Assembly: GCA_001464235.1 (NCBI GenBank)
Contig: LNFH01000428.1
Coordinates: 337-64,336, forward strand
Direction: 5' to 3'
Length of the DNA stretch: 64,000 nucleotides
Source: Rhizobiales bacterium Ga0077556
GTDB lineage: Bacteria; Pseudomonadota; Alphaproteobacteria; Rhizobiales; Phreatobacteraceae
Shown here in pieces: positions 57,098 to 64,000 of the stretch. The position numbers were made by a program, and so were the translations under genes. The notes beneath the pieces are model-generated. The model was not told the origin of the DNA. It was given only the letters and a program-made list of their open reading frames with translations, and ran no database searches. Every line of letters begins with the position of its first letter. Positions within the stretch are counted from its first letter, which is position 1.

Positions 57098-57117
57098 CAT
57101 GGTTGACGCACGGTAAA
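57098..57117. promoter_or_regulatory. Degenerate CtrA-like box
   Basis: CATGGTTGACGCACGGTAAA, 16/20 identical to 56179-56198. Confidence 0.45.
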
Positions 57118-57331
57118 TGTGCAGCGTGGTGAATGGTTTATGAGCATTCACCACCGTCACCCCGGGCAGCGTTGCTGGCTTGCAACACGGTCTCGCCGCC
57201 GCGTCGCCACAAAGCAAGGAGTCGTTGACTCTCGTTCCGGATTTTCTTCTCTCGACAACTGAAGAGAAACTGATCGCCCCGCTCTTTCGGCGCGTGACCG
57301 CCGGTGGGTATGGGCGGTATGGGAGAGGGTC

Positions 57332-57862
57332 ATGGGACGTCGTTGGGCGCGGCCGCTGGCGGCTGCGGGTCTGGTCGCTTGTGCAGCGGCAGGTATCTCG
57401 GCACCGGAAAAGGCCGAGGCGCGGGAGATCGTGCGGGTCAATTTCAACGCCGAGCCCGGCACTATCGTCATTCGCAATTCGGAACGCCGGCTCTACCTGG
57501 TCAAGGAGAACGGCATCGCCATCCGCTACCGCGTGGCCGTCGGCCGCGCCTCGGAACAGTGGGAGGGCCGCACGGTCGTGAACGGCCGCCACGTCCGCCC
57601 TGCCTGGTCGCCGCCCGCCGTCGTCCGGCGCGCCAATCCCAGCCTGCCGGATGTCATCCCCGGCGGCGCACCGAACAACCCGATGGGCGAGGGCGCGCTG
57701 ACCCTCGCCGGCGGCGAGTATGCCATCCACGGCACCTCCGCCAGCATGCGCCGCTCTGTGGGCACCGCCGCCTCCTTCGGCTGCTTCCGCATGCTGAACG
57801 AGGACGTCGTCGACCTGATGAACCGCGTCGGCGTCGGCGCCACCGTGGTCGTCACACGCTGA
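57332..57862 (+). CDS. L,D-transpeptidase (YkuD family)
   Basis: PGGAPNNPMG, YAIHGT, SFGCFRM. Confidence 0.92.
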   Translation: MGRRWARPLAAAGLVACAAAGISAPEKAEAREIVRVNFNAEPGTIVIRNSERRLYLVKENGIAIRYRVAVGRASEQWEGRTVVNGRHVRPAWSPPAVVRRANPSLPDVIPGGAPNNPMGEGALTLAGGEYAIHGTSASMRRSVGTAASFGCFRMLNEDVVDLMNRVGVGATVVVTR

Positions 57863-57874
57863 GCCTTTGCCGGC

Positions 57875-58498
57875 TCAGGGCGCGGCGGCGAACCAGCGCC
57901 GCGCCAGCGTGACGTCGGCCTGCGTCAGGCCGTGACCGGCCGGCAGCACCTCGTGCTCCACCGCCGCCCCGGCGGTCGAAAGCTGGGCGGCGAGTTCGGC
58001 CGCATCATCCTCCGGCACGATCGGATCCATCGCCCCGGACAGGATCAGCACCCGCCGGCCCGACAGGTCGGCGGCGGGCGGGTCAGGAAGCGGCACCATG
58101 GCGCGGATCAGCACCGCCCCGTCCAGCACCTCCGGCCGGAGCAGCAGCATCGCCGCGGCGATGTTGGCGCCGTTCGAGAAGCCGACCGCCACCGGGCGGG
58201 CGAGGCCGTGGGCCCGTGTCGCCGCCGCGACGAAGTCGGCGAGCTCGTGGGCCCGCCGCACCACGTCCTCGTGATCGAAGACGCCCTCCGCCAGCCGGCG
58301 GAAGAAGCGCGGCATGCCGTTCTCCAGCACCTTGCCGCGCGGCGAGAGCAGCGCCGCTCCCGGCGCGATCATCTGGCCGAGGGGCAGGAGGTCGTTTTCG
58401 TCGCCGCCCGTGCCGTGAAGCAGCAGCAGGGCACGGCTGTCGGCATTCGCCCCGGGCACGAAGCGATGGACGAAGCCGCCGTCGGTGAGGGTGGCCAT
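57875..58498 (-). CDS. Alpha/beta hydrolase (MhqD-like carboxylesterase)
   Basis: LLHGTGGDE, RFFRRLAEG, GFSNGAN. Confidence 0.88.
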   Translation of the reverse strand: MATLTDGGFVHRFVPGANADSRALLLLHGTGGDENDLLPLGQMIAPGAALLSPRGKVLENGMPRFFRRLAEGVFDHEDVVRRAHELADFVAAATRAHGLARPVAVGFSNGANIAAAMLLLRPEVLDGAVLIRAMVPLPDPPAADLSGRRVLILSGAMDPIVPEDDAAELAAQLSTAGAAVEHEVLPAGHGLTQADVTLARRWFAAAP

Positions 58499-58559
58499 GG
58501 CAAGTCTCCAGGGATGGGTGCGCCGCGCCCGGGCGGGCGCGGCGGTCTCGTGGGGGCGG

Positions 58560-59485
58560 TCAGGCGAGGGCGGGCAGCACGGCCTCGATGCGGGCGCGCT
58601 GAGCCTCGTATTGCGGCGGCAGCTTCAGCGCCTGGCCGAGGCTCTCCGCCGGCTCGTCCACGGCGAAGCCGGGAACGTCGGTGGCGATCTCGAACAGGAT
58701 GCCGCCCGGCTCGCGGAAATAGACGGAGCGGAAGTAGTTCCGGTCGCGCTGTTCCGTGACGCGCTGGCCGTGGTGCTCGCGCAGCCGCTTGACCATGGCC
58801 TCCTGCGCCGCATCGTCCGCCGCCCGGAAGGCGACGTGATGCACCGAGCCGGCGCCCTCGCGTCCGGCGAGGAAGCCGCCGGCCTCGCGGATGTCGACGA
58901 TGCCGCCGAGGGGGGTCCCGGCAACCGCATAGCGGGTCACGTTGCCCTCGCTCGCTACCCTGGCGAAGCCGAAGACGTCGGTGAGGATCGCCCCCGTCTT
59001 CTCGCCGCGCTCGACCAGCAGCGACACCCCGTGGAATCCGCGGATCGCGTGTTCCGCCGGCACGCCGCCGCCGTCCCAGGCCGGCTCGTCGCCGATGCGG
59101 GGCATGCAGGCGAGGGCGAGCCTCATCCCGTCCGGGTCCTTGAAGGACAGGACGGATTCGCCGAAGCGCCTGGTGATCGTCTCGTGCGCCACACCCTTCT
59201 CGACGAAGCGGTGCGCCCACCAGCCGAGCGAACCCTCCGGCACGCGGAACACCGTCTCCTGCGTCTGCCCGACGCCGAGCCTGCCGGGGGCGGCATGCTC
59301 CCAGGGGAAGAAGGTCAGGATGGTGCCGGGCGAACCCGCGCCGTCGCCGAAATAGAGGTGGTAGGTGCCGGGATCGTCGAAGTTGACGGTCTTCTTCACC
59401 AGCCGGAGACCGAGGACCTCGGCGTAGAAGGCGAGGTTGCGGCGGGCCGGGCCGGAAATCCGTTGAAATTGCCGATGAAGGACAT
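58560..59485 (-). pseudogene. Ring-cleaving dioxygenase (MhqO-like VOC), frameshifted near 59460
   Basis: ATG with AGGAGG RBS (MSFIGNFNG) is out of frame with ISGPARRN..KKTVNFDDP..HHVAFR..DRNYFRSVYFREPGG. Confidence 0.82.
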
Positions 59486-59621
59486 GGAAGCCTCCTGCCG
59501 GACGCGGTGTGCGTCCTGTTGACGGCAAGATAGGCGGCGCCGGCCATGGCGCCATCGTAAAGTCCTTGCGCCCTCGCAATCAGACTGTGCGCGCTCCTCC
59601 GGGTCGATTGCGCCGGAGCGC

Positions 59622-60341
59622 TCAGTTCGTCTTCGGGAAGACGTAGATGAAGGTGGCCATGTCCGTCTCCGGCGTCGCGTCGGGATCGCGGACATACTCC
59701 TCGACGAAGGCGTCCTCGGCGACGATGGAGCGCTCGTCGAGGTGGTTGGTGATCTCGTCGTAGGTCTGTTCCATCGTGTCGTAGCCGCCGTGATGGACGA
59801 AGCGCAGCGCCTTGCCGGCCGGCGTCTCGCCGGGCTTCGCCGGCGCATAGGCCTGGGCGGGCTTCGCCACTTCACGCACCGGCAGGATCGCCTCGAAGTC
59901 GACGGCGTCGTCCGAGGAGGAGACGAAGCGGATCATCGGCGGTCCCGTCACCTCGGCGCCCTCGCGGGCGGCGATCGCCTTGAGGTCGGTGATGGCCTTG
60001 CGGAACTGGCCGTAGAGGTCGTCCCAGCTGGTCTTGCCGCCGAGCACCAGGGCGGGCCGGGCCGCAAGCGTCACCTCGTCGCCGAAGCCGGCGGCCTGCA
60101 CCACCTCGTCCGAGGGCAGCACCCCGCGGGGGCCCGCCGGGGCGGCCGGGGCCTGCACCGCGGCGGGCGGCGCCGGGGTCGCGGGCGGCTCCGTCGCGGG
60201 GGGAGGGGGCGTGGCGGGCTGGGTGGCGGCGGGAGGGGCAGGCGCCGGCTGTGCGGCGGCCTCCATCGGCCCCGCTCCGAAGGCGAGGAGTGCGGCGAGG
60301 AGAGCCGTGCTGACCCCGTATCCGGCACCCCGTCGCGTCAT
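59622..60341 (-). CDS. GyrI-like small-molecule-binding domain protein
   Basis: Signal peptide, Pro-rich linker, GKALRFVHHGGYD..YDEIT..EEY. Confidence 0.78.
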   Translation of the reverse strand: MTRRGAGYGVSTALLAALLAFGAGPMEAAAQPAPAPPAATQPATPPPPATEPPATPAPPAAVQAPAAPAGPRGVLPSDEVVQAAGFGDEVTLAARPALVLGGKTSWDDLYGQFRKAITDLKAIAAREGAEVTGPPMIRFVSSSDDAVDFEAILPVREVAKPAQAYAPAKPGETPAGKALRFVHHGGYDTMEQTYDEITNHLDERSIVAEDAFVEEYVRDPDATPETDMATFIYVFPKTN

Positions 60342-60489
60342 GTCGATCCTCTCGCGGTCCCGCGCCGTTCCGCGCGATGCGGACGGCCGGTTTTGGACAA
60401 GCCCAGGATAACCTATATAGAGACTGCCCATTGTGTCCTCGCCATCACATCCCGACACCAACTCCCACGCGTCACCACGGGTCCCGAGC

Positions 60490-61356
60490 ATGAGCCCGCT
60501 CGCCAACCATCCGTTCTGGAAGATGAACGGCGCCGGCAACGAGATCGTCGTCGTCGACCTGCGCGCCTCGTCCCACGTCGTCACGGCGGCGGAGGCGCGC
60601 GCCATCGCCGCCGACGCGCGCTCGCGCTTCGACCAGATGATGGTGCTGCACCGGCCGCGCACGCCGGGCACGCGCTGCTACATCCGCATCTACAACACCG
60701 ACGGCAGCGAGGCCGGGGCCTGCGGCAACGGCACGCGCTGCGTCGCCTGGGTGCTGGCCGAGGAGGACGGCGCCGAGAGCTTCACGGTCGAGACCGTGGC
60801 GGGCCTTCTCGCCTGTCGCCGCGTCGGGCCCCACGCCTTCTCCGTCGACATGGGCGAGCCGCGCTTCGGCTGGCAGGACATCCCGCTTGCCGAGGAGTTC
60901 CGCGACACCCGCGCCATCGAGCTGCAGATCGGCCCCATCGACGCGCCCGTCCTGCATTCGCCCTCGGTCGTTTCCATGGGCAACCCGCACGCCATCTTCT
61001 GGGTCGACGACCCCTATGCCTACGACCTGCCGAAGATCGGCCCCATGCTGGAGAACCATCCGATCTTCCCCGAGCGTGCCAACATCTCGCTCGCCGCGGT
61101 GAAGGCCCGCGACCACATCGTCCTCTGGGTCTGGGAGCGCGGCGTCGGCATCACCCGCGCCTGCGGTTCGGCCGCCTGCGCCGCCCTCGTCTCGGCGGCG
61201 CGGACCAAGCGCACCGACCGCGCCGCGACTGTGTCGCTGCCGGGCGGCGACCTCGTCGTCGCATGGCGCGAGGACAACCACGTGATCATGACCGGGCCGA
61301 CCGAGCTCGAGCATGAGGGCACCTTCGCACCCGCCCTCTTCGCGACGGCGGCGTGA
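60490..61356 (+). CDS. dapF: Diaminopimelate epimerase
   Basis: [40 protein letters not shown]. Confidence 0.95.
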   Translation: MSPLANHPFWKMNGAGNEIVVVDLRASSHVVTAAEARAIAADARSRFDQMMVLHRPRTPGTRCYIRIYNTDGSEAGACGNGTRCVAWVLAEEDGAESFTVETVAGLLACRRVGPHAFSVDMGEPRFGWQDIPLAEEFRDTRAIELQIGPIDAPVLHSPSVVSMGNPHAIFWVDDPYAYDLPKIGPMLENHPIFPERANISLAAVKARDHIVLWVWERGVGITRACGSAACAALVSAARTKRTDRAATVSLPGGDLVVAWREDNHVIMTGPTELEHEGTFAPALFATAA

Positions 61357-62651
61357 ACCCGATGGACGCGGCGCGCCCTTCCGTCGAGGTCGTCACCTTC
61401 GGCTGCCGGCTCAACACCTCGGAATCCGAGGTGATGCAGCGCCTCGCGGCCGAGGCGGGGCTCACCGACACGATCGTCGTCAACACCTGCGCCGTCACCG
61501 CCGAGGCGACGCGCCAGGCGCGTCAGGCGATCCGCCGCATGAAGCGCGAGAACCCCGACGCCCGCATCGTCGTCACCGGCTGCGCCGCGCAGACCGAGCC
61601 CGAGGTCTTCGCCGCCATGGACGAGGTCGACCGGGTCATCGGCAACGACGAGAAGATGAAGGCCGAGGCCTGGGGCGAGACGCGCACGGCGCTCGGCCGC
61701 GGCCCGGATTTCGGCATCGCCGCCAGCGAGAAGGTGGCGGTCAACGACATCATGGCAGTGCGCGAGCAGGCGCTTCACCTCATCGACGGCCTCACCGGCC
61801 GCTCGCGCGCCTTCGTTCAGGTGCAGAACGGCTGCGACCACCGCTGCACCTTCTGCATCATCCCGTTCGGGCGCGGCAACAGCCGCTCCGTGCCGATGGG
61901 CGAGGTGGTGGAGCAGGTGCGCCGCCTCGTCGGCAACGGCTATCGCGAGGTCGTCCTCACCGGCGTCGACATCACCAGCTACGGCCAGGGCCTGCCCGGC
62001 GAGCCGAAGCTCGGCGCGCTGGTGAAGGCGATCCTGCGCCACGTGCAGGATCTCGAGCGCCTGCGCATCTCCTCCATCGATTCCGTCGAGGCCGATCCCG
62101 ACCTGCTCGACGTCATCGCCGACGAGGCGCGGTTCATGCCGCACCTGCACCTGTCGCTGCAGGCCGGCGACGACATGGTGCTGAAGCGGATGAAGCGCCG
62201 CCACCTGCGCGACGATGCCATCCGCTTCTGCGACGAGGTGCGCCGCCTGAGGCCCGACATGGTCTTCGGCGCCGACATCATCGCCGGCTTTCCCACCGAG
62301 ACCGAGGAGATGTTCGCCCGCTCCCTCGCCATCGTCGAGGAGTGCGGCCTGACGCACCTTCACGTCTTTCCCTATTCGCCCCGGCCCGGCACCCCGGCGG
62401 CCCGCATGCCCCAGGTCGCCCGCGACGTGGTCAAGGACAGGGCGCGCCGCCTGCGCGAAAAGGGCGAGGCGGCGCTCGCGTCCCATCTCGCCGGCATGGT
62501 CGGCCGCAGCTTCCAGGTTCTGGTCGAAACGCGCGACATGGGCCGCACCGAGCACTTCACGCCGGTCCGCCTGGGGGCCTCCGCCGAGCCCGGCACCATC
62601 CTGCCGGTCACCGTGACCGCCCATGACGGACGCGAGGCCATCGCCGCGTGA
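61353..62651 (+). CDS. mtaB: tRNA t6A37 methylthiotransferase
   Basis: [22 protein letters not shown] radical SAM motif. Confidence 0.93.
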   Translation: MNPMDAARPSVEVVTFGCRLNTSESEVMQRLAAEAGLTDTIVVNTCAVTAEATRQARQAIRRMKRENPDARIVVTGCAAQTEPEVFAAMDEVDRVIGNDEKMKAEAWGETRTALGRGPDFGIAASEKVAVNDIMAVREQALHLIDGLTGRSRAFVQVQNGCDHRCTFCIIPFGRGNSRSVPMGEVVEQVRRLVGNGYREVVLTGVDITSYGQGLPGEPKLGALVKAILRHVQDLERLRISSIDSVEADPDLLDVIADEARFMPHLHLSLQAGDDMVLKRMKRRHLRDDAIRFCDEVRRLRPDMVFGADIIAGFPTETEEMFARSLAIVEECGLTHLHVFPYSPRPGTPAARMPQVARDVVKDRARRLREKGEAALASHLAGMVGRSFQVLVETRDMGRTEHFTPVRLGASAEPGTILPVTVTAHDGREAIAA

Positions 62652-62656
62652 GGCTC

Positions 62657-62682
62657 GGAACCTTCTCCGCAAGTGCGACGTT
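62657..62682 (+). promoter_or_regulatory. Sigma-EcfG (general stress) promoter
   Basis: GGAAC-N17-CGTT about 35 nt before the small ORF. Confidence 0.7.
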
Positions 62683-62716
62683 GTCAGATCAACAATGCAT
62701 GACAATGGAGATGGAA

Positions 62717-62800
62717 ATGGGTCTCGGACGCGGTGCTCTCTTGTGGCTCCTCGGCATTCCCCTGCCGATCATCATCCTGCTCGCCATCTTCTGGAGCTGA
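62717..62800 (+). CDS. 27-aa hydrophobic small membrane protein
   Basis: MGLGRGALLWLLGIPLPIIILLAIFWS*; GGAG RBS at 62707; own promoter and terminator; below ORF-track cutoff. Confidence 0.75.
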   Translation: MGLGRGALLWLLGIPLPIIILLAIFWS

Positions 62801-62831
62801 GCGGGCGCGCCCTTCGCGGCGCGAGCGAAAG

Positions 62832-62868
62832 CGAAGAAGGCCCGGACACCGTCCGGGCCTTCTCTTTT
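62832..62868. terminator. Intrinsic terminator, probably bidirectional
   Basis: AGAAGGCCCGGAC-ACC-GTCCGGGCCTTCT followed by CTTTT. Confidence 0.8.
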
Positions 62869-62884
62869 GCGCATCGCGACGGGA

Positions 62885-64000
62885 TCAGCGCGTCAGCTGC
62901 TGGGCTGGCGCGGTCAGGCTGACGCGGAGCCCGGCGCCGGACCAGTCGTAGGTCATGGCGCCCTTGAGCTGGCGCTGCACGCTCATCTCGATCAGCTGGC
63001 TGCCGAAGCCCCGGTGCGTGGGCTCGCTGGTCGTCGCCGTCCGTGTCTCGCTCCAGCTCAGCGTGACGTCGCTGGCCGAGGCGGTCCATTCCACCGCCAG
63101 CTGGCCGCCCTCCTCGGCGAGGGCGCCGTATTTCGCGGCGTTGGTGGCGAGTTCGTGGAACACCAGGGCGAGGCTCGTCGCCGCCGAGGATCCGAGCGTG
63201 ATCTGCGGACCGGACAGGGTCACCTGGTCCGGGCGGCCGAGATGGGGCGCCAGGATGCGGGTGAGCAGGTCCGACAGATGGGTCGTCTCGGCCTTGTCGG
63301 TCTCGCCGAAGACGGCGGAGCGGATGAGGTCGTGGGCGGCGGCGAGCGCCGAGAGCCGGCCGCGCAGGGCCTCCGCCATGTCCCGTGGGGTCGCGGAGGC
63401 GCGGGCTGTCATCGAGATGAGACCCGACACCACGGCGAAGATGTTCTTCACCCGGTGGTTGAGCTCGCGCAGCAGGATGGAGCGGGCCTCCTCCGATTCC
63501 TTGAGCTCGGTGATGTCGACGATGGCGCCGGGGAAGCGGGCCGGGCGCCCCTCGTGGTCATAGAGGCATTCGCCGCGCGCGATCACCCAGCGCCAGCCGC
63601 CGTCCCGCGACTTCAGGCGATATTCGGAGGTGTATTTCTCCTTGGTGTTCATCGCCTCGCGGAAGGCGTCGCGCACCCGCGGCAGGTCCTCCGGATGGAT
63701 GGCCTCGAGATAGTGTTCGACGGGCATCCCCTCGGTGTGCGGGCCGGAGCCGGTCCCGAAGAGCTGGGCGAGCCGCGCGTCGGGGAAGAACAGGTTCGAG
63801 CCGATGTGCCAGTCCCAGGTTCCGATCATGCCCGCCGAGTTGAGGGCGAAGGCGAGGCGCTCGCGGCTGCGCGCCAGCTCCTCGCGCGCCCGCACGCGCT
63901 CGGTGGCCTCCGTCACCACCCCGAGCACGCCGATCCGCTCGCCCTCCTCGTCGACGACGGGGCTGTAGGCGAGATCGAACCAGACGTCCTCCGGCCCGCC
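62885..64000 (-). CDS. PAS-domain HWE-family sensor histidine kinase (5' truncated by window)
   Basis: ELNHRVKN, HELATNAAKYGAL, WSE..GFG; PAS/PAC repeats; frame open to window edge. Confidence 0.9.
   Translation of the reverse strand, partial: GGPEDVWFDLAYSPVVDEEGERIGVLGVVTEATERVRAREELARSRERLAFALNSAGMIGTWDWHIGSNLFFPDARLAQLFGTGSGPHTEGMPVEHYLEAIHPEDLPRVRDAFREAMNTKEKYTSEYRLKSRDGGWRWVIARGECLYDHEGRPARFPGAIVDITELKESEEARSILLRELNHRVKNIFAVVSGLISMTARASATPRDMAEALRGRLSALAAAHDLIRSAVFGETDKAETTHLSDLLTRILAPHLGRPDQVTLSGPQITLGSSAATSLALVFHELATNAAKYGALAEEGGQLAVEWTASASDVTLSWSETRTATTSEPTHRGFGSQLIEMSVQRQLKGAMTYDWSGAGLRVSLTAPAQQLTR

Noticed and set aside
60130-60250. Pro/Ala-rich repeat in the GyrI-like protein
   Set aside because: Ordinary low-complexity linker after a signal peptide

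Overview
A GC-rich chromosomal segment of an alphaproteobacterium, most likely Hyphomicrobiales/Rhizobiales (inferred from cobS/cobT, phaR-phaAB, ptsP-prfA-prmC, DUF4167, DUF2125-chaC, an HWE kinase, and CtrA- and EcfG-like motifs). It is mostly core metabolism: argJ, mutT, phaRAB, rpmF, cobST, ccmAB, acnA, ubiH-like, ubiG, lysC, ptsP, prfA, prmC, leuB, dapF and mtaB. I saw no rRNA, tRNA, CRISPR, IS or prophage. Most notable: (1) nine apparent short deletions, eight frameshifting and one in-frame, all in minus-strand, mostly dispensable genes, which could be artefact or ongoing gene erosion; (2) a translationally coupled DUF29 / low-GC unknown / GNAT cassette between cobS and cobT; (3) an ABC-transporter plus allophanate-hydrolase-like operon with sigma54, NtrC-like and GntR-like sites, in which atzF is split into two genes; (4) a 27-aa membrane peptide absent from the ORF track, with an EcfG-type promoter, next to an HWE kinase; (5) nested EcfG and sigma54 motifs before an unknown gene; (6) two unknown genes sharing a CtrA-like box; (7) an RD[F/Y]QGQ tandem repeat in DUF4167; (8) a REP-like inverted repeat pair. 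Family calls come from motif recognition only; no database search was run. I cannot claim a confirmed novel system.
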